A program made the translations under genes and the position numbers. The notes under the pieces are model-generated. The model saw only the letters and a program-made list of their open reading frames with translations, made no database searches and was not told the origin of the DNA. Positions 48,201 to 62,500 of a stretch of DNA of 64,000 nucleotides are shown in pieces (the stretch's first letter is position 1; every line of letters begins with the position of its first letter). The DNA lies in assembly GCF_964355755.1 (NCBI RefSeq), contig NC_092675.1, forward strand, positions 8,799,812 to 8,863,811, given 5' to 3'. The DNA is from Antedon mediterranea (taxonomy: Eukaryota; Animalia; Echinodermata).

Positions 48201-51200
48201 CGCAAGTAACCGAACGTCTACAACCATACCACGTTGAAAACACCGGTTCTCGTCCAAACACCGCAGTTAAACAACGTCGGGCCTGGTTAGTACTTGGATG
48301 GGAGACCGCCTGGGAATACCTGGTGTCGTAGACCTATGTTTAACTTTTTTAAATTATACTAAACAATGTTTATTTTACCTTTCAATTATGTTTTTATGAC
48401 AGTAACTATAAGATCTTTCTAAGTTATAATCTTGAACCGCAAGTAACCGAACGTCTACAACCATACCACGTTGAAAACACCGGTTCTCGTCCGAACACCG
48501 CAGTTAAACAACGTCGGGCCTGGTTAGTACTTGGATGGGAGACCGCCTGGGAATACCTGGTGTCGTAGACCTATGTTTAACTTTTTTAAATTATACTAAA
48601 TAAAGTTTATTTTACCTTTCAATTATATTTTCAAGACAGTAACTATAAGATCTTTCTAAGTTCTAATCTTGAACCGCAAGTAACCGAATGTCTACAACCG
48701 TACCAGGTTGCCTAGCCTGTGAATATCTGTTGTCGTACACCTGTTTTTATCTTTTTAATAATCCTAAAATATAGTCTCCTTTAAGTGTTTCGATTTTCCA
48801 AAAATGTGTTTATACTGTTGATGATAGTATAAGTAAATAAATTCAAACTTTAACCGCAATTAATCGAAAGTTTTTCAACTAAACTGCATTGAAAACAACG
48901 GTTCTCGTCCGATCACTGAAGTTAAACAAGTTGTTGTTCAAAGACATGTTTGTTGTTGTATGTTGCTGCTGTGGTGACGGTACAAACGTCACTGTACTAC
49001 GCGGGCGTCCACTTGTGTGCGCGTTTGATTCTTAGCAACAAAGCGGCCTGAATCTTTTGTACATGCCGCTAATGTGTTATGCTTCATTGTACAGTGTTAT
49101 TGTTTCCTTTATATTATCTTTTTAAGAACCTCAGTATAACTTTTTAAATTATACTAAACAAAGTTGAATTTACCTTTCAAGTATGTGTTTCTTCAACAGA
49201 AGTGGGTGTAAATACCAACGTCATGGTTTCAGCAGCTGCTAATTTCAATCCTAGAAAATGTTCTATAATAAATGAACAAAACTATTAGGTTATAGGATAT
49301 ATATGTTTATAGAGAGATTTTGACAGTGAATATAAGATGTATATATACTTGAACCGCAAGTAACCGAACGTCTACAACCATACCACGTTGAAAACACCGG
49401 TTCTCGTCCGAACACCGCAGTTAAACAACGTCGGGCCTGGTTAGTACTTGGATGGGAGACCGCCTGGGAATACCTGGTGTCGTAGACCTATGTTTAACTT
49501 TTTTAAATTATACTAAACAATGTTTATTTTACCTTTCAATTATGTTTTTTGACAGTAACTATAAGATCTTTCTCAGTTATAATAATCTTGAACCGCAAGT
49601 AACCGAATGTCTACAACCATACCACGTTGAAAACACCGGTTCTCGTCCGAACACCGCAGTTAAACAACGTCGGGCCTGGTTAGTACTTGGATGGGAGACC
49701 GCCTGGGAATACCTGGTGTCGTAGACCTATGTTTAACTTTTTAAAATTATACTAAATAAAGTTTATTTTACCTTTCAATTATATTTTTATGACAGTAACT
49801 ATAAGATCTTTCTAAGTTATAATCTTGAACCGCAAGTAACCGAACGTCTACAACCATACCACGTTGAAAACACCGGTTCTCCTCCGAACACCGCAGTTAA
49901 ACAACGTCGGGCCTGGTTAGTACTTGGATGGGAGACCGCCTGGGAATACCTGGTGTCGTAGACCTATGTTTAACTTTTTTAAATTATACTAAACAATGTT
50001 TATTTTACCTTTCAATTATGTTTTTTGACAGTAACTATAAGATCTTTCTCAGTTATAATCTTGAACCGCAAGTAACCGAATGTCTACAACCGTACCAGGT
50101 TGCCTAGCCTGTGAATATCTGTTGTCGTACACCTGTTTTTATCTTTTTAATAATCCTAAAATATAGTCTCGTTTAAGTGTTTCGATTTTCCAAAAATGTG
50201 TTTATACTGTTGATGATAGTATAAGTAAATAAATTCAAACTGTAACCGCAATTAATCGAAAGTTTTTCAACTAAACTGCATTGAAAACAACGGTTCTCGT
50301 CCGATCACTGAAGTTAAACAAGTTGTTGTTCAAAGACATGTTTGTTGTTGTATGTTGCTGCTGTGGTGACGGTACAAACGTCACTGTACTACGCGGGCGT
50401 CCACTTGTGTGCGCGTTTGATTCTTAGCAACAAAGCGGCCTGAATCTTTTGTACATGCCGCTAATGTGTTATGCTTCATTGTACAGTGTTATTGTTTCCT
50501 TTATATTATCTTTTTAAGAACCTCAGTATAACTTTTTAAATTATACTAAACAAAGTTGAATTTACCTTTCAAGTATGTGTTTCTTCAACAGAAGTGGGTG
50601 TAAATACCAACGTCATGGTTTCAGCAGCTGCTAATTTCAATCCTAGAAAATGTTCTATAATAAATGAACAAAACTATTAGGTTATAGGATATATATGTTT
50701 ATAGAGATTTTGACAGTGAATATAAGATGTATATATACTTGAACCGCAAGTAACCGAACGTCTACAACCATACCACGTTGAAAACACCGGTTCTCGTCCG
50801 AACACCGCAGTTAAACAACGTCGGGCCTGGTTAGTACTTGGATGGGAGACCGCCTGGGAATACCTGGTGTCGTAGACCTATGTTTAACTTTTTTAAATTA
50901 TACTAAAAAAATGTTTATTTTACCTTTCAATTATGTTTTTTGACAGTAACTATAAGATCTTTCTCAGTTATAATCTTGAACCGCAAGTAACCGAATGTCT
51001 ACAACCATACCACGTTGAAAACACCGGTTCTCGTCCGAACACCGCAGTTAAACAACGTCGGGCCTGGTTAGTACTTGGATGGAAGACCGCCTGGGAATAC
51101 CTGGTGTCGTAGACCTATGTTTAACTTTTTTAAATTATACTAAACAATGTTTATTTTACCTTTCAATTATGTTTTTTGACAGTAACTATAAGTTCTTTCT

Positions 51201-54200
51201 CAGTTATAATCTTGAACCGCAAGTAACCGAATGTCTACAACCGTACCAGGTTGCCTAGCCTGTGAATATCTGTTGTCGTACACCTGTTTTTATCTTTTTA
51301 ATAATCCTAAAATATAGTCTCGTTTAAGTGTTTCTATTTTCCAAAAATGTGTTTATACTGTTGATGATAGTATAAGTAAATAAATTCAAACTGTAACCGC
51401 AATTAATCGAAAGTTTTTCAACTAAACTGCATTGAAAACAACGGTTCTCGTCCGATCACTGAAGTTAAACAAGTTGTTGTTCAAAGACATGTTTGTTGTT
51501 GTATGTTGCTGCTGTGGTGACGGTACAAACGTCACTGTACTACGCGGGCGTCCACTTGTGTGCGCGTTTGATTCTTAGCAACAAAGCGGCCTGAATCTTT
51601 TGTACATGCCGCTAATGTGTTATGCTTCATTGTACAGTGTTATTGTTTCCTTTATATTATCTTTTTAAGAACCTCAGTATAACTTTTTAAATTATACTAA
51701 ACAAAGTTGAATTTACCTTTCAAGTATGTGTTTCTTCAACAGAAGTGGGTGTAAATATCAACGTCATGGTTTCAGCAGCTGCTAATTTCAATCCTAGAAA
51801 ATGTTCTATAATAAATGAACAAAAGTATTAGGTTATAAGTAACCGAACGTCTACAACCATACCATGTTGAAAACACCGGTTCTCGTCCGAACACCGCAGT
51901 TAAACAACGTCGGGCCTCGTTAGTACTTGGATGGGAGACCGCCTGGGAATACCTGGTGTCGTAGACCTATGTTTAACTTTTTTAAATTATACTAAACAAT
52001 GTTTATTTTACCTTTCAATTATGTTTTTTGACAGTAACTATAAGATCTTTCTAAGTTATAATCTTGAACCGCAAGTAACCGAACGTCTACAACCATACCA
52101 CGTTGAAAACACCGGTTCTCGTCCGAACACCGCAGTTAAACAACGTCGGGCCTGGTTAGTACTTGGATGGGAGACCGCCTGGGAATACCTGGTGTCGTAG
52201 ACCTATGTTTAACTTTTTTAAATTATACTAAACAATGTTTATTTTACCTTTCAATTATGTTTTTTGACAGTAACTATAAGATCTTTCTCAGTTATAATCT
52301 TGAACCGCAAGTAACCGAATGTCTACAACCGTACCAGGTTGCCTAGCCTGTGAATATCTGTTGTCGTACACCATTTTTTATCTTTTTAATAATCCTAAAA
52401 TATAGTCTCGTTTAAGTGTTTCTATTTTCCAAAAATGTGTTTATACTGTTGATGATAGTATAAGTAAATAAATTCAAACTGTAACCGCAATTAATCGAAA
52501 GTTTTTCAACTAAACTGCATTGAAAACAACGGTTCTCGTCCGATCACTGAAGTTAAACAAGTTGTTGTTCAAAGACATGTTTGTTGTTGTATGTTGCTGC
52601 TGTGGTGACGGTACAAACGTCACTGTACTACGCGGGCGTCCACTTGTGTGCGCGTTTGATTCTTAGCAACAACGCGGCCTGAATCTTTTGTACATGCCGC
52701 TATTGTGTTATGCTTCTTTGTACAGTGTTATTGTTTCCTTTATATTATCTTTTTAAGAACCTCAGTATAACTTTTTAAATTATACTAAACAAAGTTGAAT
52801 TTACCTTTCAAGTATGTGTTTCTTCAACAGAAGTGGGTGTAAATACCAACGTCATGGTTTCAGCAGCTGCTAATTTCAATCCTAGAAAATGTTCTATAAT
52901 AAATGAACAAAACTATTAGGTTATAGGATATATATATTTATAGAGATTTTGACAGTGAATATAAGATGTATATATACTTGAACCGCAAGTAACCGAACGT
53001 CTACAACCATACCACGTTGAAAACACCGGTTCTCGTCCGAACACCGCAGTTAAACAACGTCGGGCCTGGTTAGTACTTGGATGGGAGACCGCCTGGGAAT
53101 ACCTGGTGTCGTAGACCTATGTTTAACTTTTTTAAATTATACTAAACAATGTTTATTTTTCCTTTCAATTATGTTTTTTGACAGTAACTATAAGATCTTT
53201 CTCAGTTATAATCTTGAACCGCAAGGAACCGAATGTCTACAACCATACCACGTTGAAAACACCGGTTCTCGTCCGAACACCGCAGTTAAACAACGTCGGG
53301 CCTGGTTAGTACTTGGATGGGAGACCGCCTGGGAATACCTGGTGTCGTAGACCTATGTTTAACTTTTTTAAATTATACTAAATAAAGTTTATTTTACCTT
53401 TCAATTATATTTTTATGACAGTAACTATAAGATCTTTCTAAGTTATAATCTTGAACCGCAAGTAACCGAATGTCTACAACCGTACCAGGTTGCCTAGCCT
53501 GTGAATATCTGTTGTCGTACACCTGTTTTTATCTTTTTAATAATCCTAAAATATAGTCTCGTTTAAGTGTTTCGATTTTCCAAAAATGTGTTTATACTGT
53601 TGATGATAGTATAAGTAAATAAATTCAAACTGTAACCGCAATTAATCGAAAGTTTTTCAACTAAACTGCATTGAAAACAACTGTTCTCGTCCGATCACTG
53701 AAGTTAAACAAGTTGTTGTTCAAAGACATGTTTGTTGTTGTATGTTGCTGCTGTGGTGACGGTACAAACGTCACTGTACTACGCGGGCGTCCACTTGTGT
53801 GCGCGTTTGATTCTTAGCAACAAAGCGGCCTGAATCTTTTGTACATGCCGCTATTGTGTTATGCTTCTTTGTACAGTGTTATTATTTCCTTTATATTATC
53901 TTTTTAAGAACCTCAGTATAACTTTTTAAATTATACTAAACAAAGTTGAATTTACCTTTCAAGTATGTGTTTCTTCAACAGAAGTGGGTGTAAATACCAA
54001 CGTCATGGTTTCAGCAGCTGCTAATTTCAATCCTAGAAAATGTTCTATAATAAATGAACAAAACTATTAGGTTATAGGATATATGTGTTTATAGAGATTT
54101 TGACAGTGAATATAAGATTTATATATACTTGAACCGCAAGTAACCGAACGTCTACAACCATACCATGTTGAAAACACCGGTTCTCGTCCGAACACCGCAG

Positions 54201-55120
54201 TTAAACAACGTCGGGCCTCGTTAGTACTTGGATGGGAGACCGCCTGGGAATACCTGGTGTCGTAGACCTATGTTTAACTTTTTTAAATTATACTAAACAA
54301 AGTTTATTTTACCTTTCAATTATGTTTTTATGACAGTAACTATAAGATCTTTCTAAGTTATAATCTTGAACCGCAAGTAACCGAACGTCTACAACCATAC
54401 CACGTTGAAAACACCGGTTCTCCTCCGAACACCGCAGTTAAACAACGTCGGGCCTGGTTAGTACTTGGATGGGAGACCGCCTGGGAATACCTGGTGTCGT
54501 AGACCTATGTTTAACTTTTTTAAATTATACTAAACAATGTTTATTTTACCTTTCAATTATGTTTTTTGACAGTAACTATAAGATCTTTCTCAGTTATAAT
54601 CTTGAACCGCAAGTAACCGAATGTCTACAACCATACCACGTTGAAAACACCGGTTCTCGTCCGAACACCGCAGTTAAACAACGTCGGGCCTGGTTAGTAC
54701 TTGGATGGGAGACCGCCTGGGAATACCTGGTGTCGTAGACCTATGTTTAACTTTTTTAAATTATACTAAACAATGTTTATTTTACCTTTCAATTATGTTT
54801 TTTGACAGTAACTATAAGATCTTTCTCAGTTATAATCTTGAACCGCAAGTAACCGAATGTCTACAACCGTACCAGGTTGCCTAGCCTGTGAATATCTGTT
54901 GTCGTACACCTGTTTTTATCTTTTTAATAATCCTAAAATATAGTCTCGTTTAAGTGTTTCTATTTTCCAAAAATGTGTTTATACTGTTGATGATAGTATA
55001 AGTAAATAAATTCAAACTGTAACCGCAATTAATCGAAAGTTTTTCAACTAAACTGCATTGAAAACAACGGTTCTCGTCCGATCACTGAAGTTAAACAAGT
55101 TGTTGTTCAAAGACATGTTT

Positions 55121-55157
55121 GTTGTTGCAGGGAGTTGTAACAACTCCCTGGTTGTTG
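55121..55157. mobile_element. Second copy of the palindromic insertion
   Basis: Identical to 42217-42253, offset by 12904 bp. Confidence 0.75.
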
Positions 55158-58100
55158 TATGTTGCTGCTGTGGTGACGGTACAAACGTCACTGTACTACG
55201 CGGGCGTCCACTTGTGTGCGCGTTTGATTCTTAGCAACAACGCGGCCTGAATCTTTTGTACATGCCGCTATTGTGTTATGCTTCTTTGTACAGTGTTATT
55301 GTTTCCTTTATATTATCTTTTTAAGAACCTCAGTATAACTTTTTAAATTATACTAAAAAAAGTTGAATTTACCTTTCAAGTATGTGTTTCTTCAACAGAA
55401 GTGGGTGTAAATACCAACGTCATGGTTTCAGCAGCTGCTAATTTCAATCCTAGAAAATGTTCTATAATAAATGAACAAAACTATTAGGTTATAGGATATA
55501 TATATTTATAGAGATTTTGACAGTGAATATAAGATGTATATATACTTGAACCGCAAGTAACCGAACGTCTACAACCATACCACGTTGAAAACACCGGTTC
55601 TCGTCCGAACACCGCAGTTAAACAACGTCGGGCCTGGTTAGTACTTGGATGGGAGACCGCCTGGGAATACCTGGTGTCGTAGACCTATGTTTAACTTTTT
55701 TAAATTATACTAAACAATGTTTATTTTACCTTTCAATTATGTTTTTTGACAGTAACTATAAGATCTTTCTCAGTTATAATCTTGAACCGCAAGGAACCGA
55801 ATGTCTACAACCATACCACGTTGAAAACACCGGTTCTCGTCCGAACACCGCAGTTAAACAACGTCGGGCCTGGTTAGTACTTGGATGGGAGACCGCCTGG
55901 GAATACCTGGTGTCGTAGACCTATGTTTAACTTTTTTAAATTATACTAAATAAAGTTTATTTTACCTTTCAATTATATTTTTATGACAGTAACTATAAGA
56001 TCTTTCTAAGTTATAATCTTGAACCGCAAGTAACCGAATGTCTACAACCGTACCAGGTTGCCTAGCCTGTGAATATCTGTTGTCGTACACCTGTTTTTAT
56101 CTTTTTAATAATCCTAAAATATAGTCTCGTTTAAGTGTTTCGATTTTCCAAAAATGTGTTTATACTGTTGATGATAGTATAAGTAAATAAATTCAAACTG
56201 TAACCGCAATTAATCGAAAGTTTTTCAACTAAACTGCATTGAAAACAACTGTTCTCGTCCGATCACTGAAGTTAAACAAGTTGTTGTTCAAAGACATGTT
56301 TGTTGTTGTATGTTGCTGCTGTGGTGACGGTACAAACGTCACTGTACTACGCGGGCGTCCACTTGTGTGCGCGTTTGATTCTTAGCAACAAAGCGGCCTG
56401 AATCTTTTGTACATGCCGCTATTGTGTTATGCTTCTTTGTACAGTGTTATTGTTTCCTTTATATTATCTTTTTAAGAACCTCAGTATAACTTTTTAAATT
56501 ATACTAAACAAAGTTGAATTTACCTTTCAAGTATGTGTTTCTTCAACAGAAGTGGGTGTAAATACCAACGTCATGGTTTCAGCAGCTGCTAATTTCAATC
56601 CTAGAAAATGTTCTATAATAAATGAACAAAACTATTAGGTTATAGGATATATGTGTTTATAGAGATTTTGACAGTGAATATAAGATTTATATATACTTGA
56701 ACCGCAAGTAACCGAACGTCTACAACCATACCATGTTGAAAACACCGGTTCTCGTCCGAACACCGCAGTTAAACAACGTCGGGCCTCGTTAGTACTTGGA
56801 TGGGAGACCGCCTGGGAATACCTGGTGTCGTAGACCTATGTTTAACTTTTTTAAATTATACTAAACAAAGTTTATTTTACCTTTCAATTATGTTTTTATG
56901 ACAGTAACTATAAGATCTTTCTGAGTTATAATCTTGAACCGCAAGTAACCGAATGTCTACAACCATACCACGTTGAAAACACCGGTTCTCCTCCGAACAC
57001 CGCAGTTAAACAACGTCGGGCCTGGTTAGTACTTGGATGGGAGACCGCCTGGGAATACCTGGTGTCGTAGACCTATGTTTAACTTTTTTAAATTATACTA
57101 AACAATGTTTATTTTACCTTTCAATTATGTTTTTATGACAGTAACTATAAGATCTTTCTAAGTTATAATCTTGAACCGCAAGTAACCGAACGTCTACAAC
57201 CATACCACGTTGAAAACACCGGTTCTCCTCCGAACACCGCAGTTAAACAACGTCGGGCCTGGTTAGTACTTGGATGGGAGACCGCCTGGGAATACGTGGT
57301 GTCGTAGACCTATGTTTAACTTTTTTAAATTATACTAAACAATGTTTATTTTACCTTTCAATTATGTTTTTTGACAGTAACTATAAGATCTTTCTCAGTT
57401 ATAATCTTGAACCGCAAGTAACCGAATGTCTACAACCATACCACGTTGAAAACACCGGTTCTCGTCCGAACACCGCAGTTAAACAACGTCGGGCCTGGTT
57501 AGTACTTGGATGGGAGACCGCCTGGGAATACCTGGTGTCGTAGACCTATGTTTAACTTTTTTAAATTATACTAAACAATGTTTATTTTACCTTTCAATTA
57601 TGTTTTTATGACAGAAACTATAAGATCTTTCTCAGTTATAATCTTGAACCGCAAGTAACCGAATGTCTACAACCATACCACGTTGAAAACACCGGTTCTC
57701 CTCCGAACACCGCAGTTAAACAACGTCGGGCCTGGTTAGTACTTGGATGGGAGACCGCCTGGGAATACCTGGTGCCGTAGACCTATGTTTAACTTTTTTA
57801 AATTATACTAAACAATGTTTATTTTACCTTTCAATTATGTTTTTATGACAGTAACTATAAGATCTTTCTAAGTTATAATCTTGAACCGCAAGTAACCGAA
57901 CGTCTACAACCATACCACGTTGAAAACACCGGTTCTCCTCCGAACACCGCAGTTAAACAACGTCGGGCCTGGTTAGTACTTGGATGGGAGACCGCCTGGG
58001 AATACGTGGTGTCGTAGACCTATGTTTAACTTTTTTAAATTATACTAAACAATGTTTATTTTACCTTTCAATTATGTTTTTTGACAGTAACTATAAGATC

Positions 58101-59548
58101 TTTCTCAGTTATAATCTTGAACCGCAAGGAACCGAATGTCTACAACCATACCACGTTGAAAACACCGGTTCTCGTCCGAACACCGCAGTTAAACAACGTC
58201 GGGCCTGGTTAGTACTTGGATGGGAGACCGCCTGGGAATACCTGGTGTCGTAGACCTATGTTTAACTTTTTTAAATTATACTAAACAATGTTTATTTTAC
58301 CTTTCAATTATGTTTTTTGACAGTAACTATAAGATCTTTCTCAGTTATAATCTTGAACCGCAAGTAACCGAATGTCTACAACCGTACCAGGTTGCCTAGC
58401 CTGTGAATATCTGTTGTCGTACACCTGTTTTTATCTTTTTAATAATCCTAAAATATAGTCTCGTTTAAGTGTTTCTATTTTCCAAAAATGTGTTTATACT
58501 GTTGATGATAGTATAAGTAAATAAATTCAAACTGTAACCGCAATTAATCGAAAGTTTTTCAACTAAACTGCATTGAAAACAACGGTTCTCGTCCGATCAC
58601 TGAAGTTAAACAAGTTGTTGTTCAAAGACATGTTTGTTGTTGTATGTTGCTGCTGTGGTGACGGTACAAACGTCACTGTACTACGCGGGCGTCCACTTGT
58701 GTGCGCGTTTGATTCTTAGCAACAACGCGGCCTGAATCTTTTGTACATGCCGCTATTGTGTTATGCTTCTTTGTACAGTGTTATTGTTTCCTTTATATTA
58801 TCTTTTTAAGAACCTCAGTATAACTTTTTAAATTATACTAAACAAAGTTGAATTTACCTTTCAAGTATGTGTTTCTTCAACAGAAGTGGGTGTAAATACC
58901 AACGTCATGGTTTCAGCAGCTGCTAATTTCAATCCTAGAAAATGTTCTATAATAAATGAACAAAACTATTAGATTATAGGATATATATATTTATAGAGAT
59001 TTTGACAGTGAATATAAGATGTATATATACTTGAACCGCAAGTAACCGAACGTCTACAACCATACCACGTTGAAAACACCGGTTCTCGTCCGAACACCGC
59101 AGTTAAACAACGTCGGGCCTGGTTAGTACTTGGATGGGAGACCGCCTGGGAATACCTGGTGTCGTAGACCTATGTTTAACTTTTTTAAATTATACTAAAC
59201 AATGTTTATTTTACTTTCAATTATGTTTTTTGACAGTAACTATAAGATCTTTCTCAGTTATAATCTTGAACCGCAAGTAACCGAATGTCTACAACCGTAC
59301 CAGGTTGCCTAGCCTGTGAATATCTGTTGTCGTACACCTGTTTTTATCTTTTTAATAATCCTAAAATATAGTCTCGTTTAAGTGTTTCTATTTTCCAAAA
59401 ATGTGTTTATACTGTTGATGATAGTATAAGTAAATAAATTCAAACTGTAACCGCAATTAATCGAAAGTTTTTCAACTAAACTGCATTGAAAACAACGGTT
59501 CTCGTCCGATCACTGAAGTTAAACAAGTTGTTGTTCAAAGACATGTTT

Positions 59549-59585
59549 GTTGTTGCAGGGAGTTGTAACAACTCCCTGGTTGTTG
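59549..59585. mobile_element. Third copy of the palindromic insertion
   Basis: Identical 23-bp palindrome at 59556-59578 with GTTGTTG on both sides. Confidence 0.75.
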
Positions 59586-62500
59586 TATGTTGCTGCTGTG
59601 GTGACGGTACAAACGTCACTGTACTACGCGGGCGTCCACTTGTGTGCGCGTTTGATTCTTAGCAACAACGCGGCCTGAATCTTTTGTACATGCCGCTATT
59701 GTGTTATGCTTCTTTGTACAGTGTTATTGTTTCCTTTATATTATCTTTTTAAGAACCTCAGTATAACTTTTTAAATTATACTAAAAAAAGTTGAATTTAC
59801 CTTTCAAGTATGTGTTTCTTCAACAGAAGTGGGTGTAAATACCAACGTCATGGTTTCAGCAGCTGCTAATTTCAATCCTAGAAAATGTTCTATAATAAAT
59901 GAACAAAACTATTAGGTTATAGGATATATATATTTATAGAGATTTTGACAGTGAATATAAGATGTATATATACTTGAACCGCAAGTAACCGAACGTCTAC
60001 AACCATACCACGTTGAAAACACCGGTTCTCGTCCGAACACCGCAGTTAAACAACGTCGGGCCTGGTTAGTACTTGGATGGGAGACCGCCTGGGAATACCT
60101 GGTGTCGTAGACCTATGTTTAACTTTTTTAAATTATACTAAACAATGTTTATTTTACCTTTCAATTATGTTTTTTGACAGTAACTATAAGATCTTTCTAA
60201 GTTATAATCTTGAACCGCAAGTAACCGAACGTCTACAACCATACCACGTTGAAAACACCGGTTCTCGTCCGAACACCGCAGTTAAACAACGTCGGGCCTG
60301 GTTAGTACTTGGATGGGAGACCGCCTGGGAATACCTGGTGTCGTAGACCTATGTTTAACTTTTTTAAATTATACTAAACAATGTTTATTTTACCTTTCAA
60401 TTATGTTTTTTGACAGTAACTATAAGATCTTTCTCAGTTATAATCTTGAACCGCAAGTAACCGAATGTCTACAACCGTACCAGGTTGCCTAGCCTGTGAA
60501 TATCTGTTGTCGTACACCATTTTTTATCTTTTTAATAATCCTAAAATATAGTCTCGTTTAAGTGTTTCTATTTTCCAAAAATGTGTTTATACTGTTGATG
60601 ATAGTATAAGTAAATAAATTCAAACTGTAACCGCAATTAATCGAAAGTTTTTCAACTAAACTGCATTGAAAACAACGGTTCTCGTCCGATCACTGAAGTT
60701 AAACAAGTTGTTGTTCAAAGACATGTTTGTTGTTGTATGTTGCTGCTGTGGTGACGGTACAAACGTCACTGTACTACGCGGGCGTCCACTTGTGTGCGCG
60801 TTTGATTCTTAGCAACAACGCGGCCTGAATCTTTTGTACATGCCGCTATTGTGTTATGCTTCTTTGTACAGTGTTATTGTTTCCTTTATATTATCTTTTT
60901 AAGAACCTCAGTATAACTTTTTAAATTATACTAAACAAAGTTGAATTTACCTTTCAAGTATGTGTTTCTTCAACAGAAGTGGGTGTAAATACCAACGTCA
61001 TGGTTTCAGCAGCTGCTAATTTCAATCCTAGAAAATGTTCTATAATAAATGAACAAAACTATTAGGTTATAGGATATATATATTTATAGAGATTTTGACA
61101 GTGAATATAAGATGTATATATACTTGAACCGCAAGTAACCGAACGTCTACAACCATACCACGTTGAAAACACCGGTTCTCGTCCGAACACCGCAGTTAAA
61201 CAACGTCGGGCCTGGTTAGTACTTGGATGGGAGACCGCCTGGGAATACCTGGTGTCGTAGACCTATGTTTAACTTTTTTAAATTATACTAAACAATGTTT
61301 ATTTTTCCTTTCAATTATGTTTTTTGACAGTAACTATAAGATCTTTCTCAGTTATAATCTTGAACCGCAAGGAACCGAATGTCTACAACCATACCACGTT
61401 GAAAACACCGGTTCTCGTCCGAACACCGCAGTTAAACAACGTCGGGCCTGGTTAGTACTTGGATGGGAGACCGCCTGGGAATACCTGGTGTCGTAGACCT
61501 ATGTTTAACTTTTTTAAATTATACTAAATAAAGTTTATTTTACCTTTCAATTATATTTTTATGACAGTAACTATAAGATCTTTCTAAGTTATAATCTTGA
61601 ACCGCAAGTAACCGAATGTCTACAACCGTACCAGGTTGCCTAGCCTGTGAATATCTGTTGTCGTACACCTGTTTTTATCTTTTTAATAATCCTAAAATAT
61701 AGTCTCGTTTAAGTGTTTCGATTTTCCAAAAATGTGTTTATACTGTTGATGATAGTATAAGTAAATAAATTCAAACTGTAACCGCAATTAATCGAAAGTT
61801 TTTCAACTAAACTGCATTGAAAACAACTGTTCTCGTCCGATCACTGAAGTTAAACAAGTTGTTGTTCAAAGACATGTTTGTTGTTGTATGTTGCTGCTGT
61901 GGTGACGGTACAAACGTCACTGTACTACGCGGGCGTCCACTTGTGTGCGCGTTTGATTCTTAGCAACAAAGCGGCCTGAATCTTTTGTACATGCCGCTAT
62001 TGTGTTATGCTTCTTTGTACAGTGTTATTATTTCCTTTATATTATCTTTTTAAGAACCTCAGTATAACTTTTTAAATTATACTAAACAAAGTTGAATTTA
62101 CCTTTCAAGTATGTGTTTCTTCAACAGAAGTGGGTGTAAATACCAACGTCATGGTTTCAGCAGCTGCTAATTTCAATCCTAGAAAATGTTCTATAATAAA
62201 TGAACAAAACTATTAGGTTATAGGATATATGTGTTTATAGAGATTTTGACAGTGAATATAAGATTTATATATACTTGAACCGCAAGTAACCGAACGTCTA
62301 CAACCATACCATGTTGAAAACACCGGTTCTCGTCCGAACACCGCAGTTAAACAACGTCGGGCCTCGTTAGTACTTGGATGGGAGACCGCCTGGGAATACC
62401 TGGTGTCGTAGACCTATGTTTAACTTTTTTAAATTATACTAAACAAAGTTTATTTTACCTTTCAATTATGTTTTTATGACAGTAACTATAAGATCTTTCT

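Noticed and set aside
1555-61496. Repeated 74-90 aa ORFs (MGDRLGIPGVVDLC...)
   Set aside because: They start inside 5S box C and run through spacer into the next 5S. They exist only when a 1-bp spacer indel gives a 236-bp unit, overlap themselves, and show no domain or coding signal.
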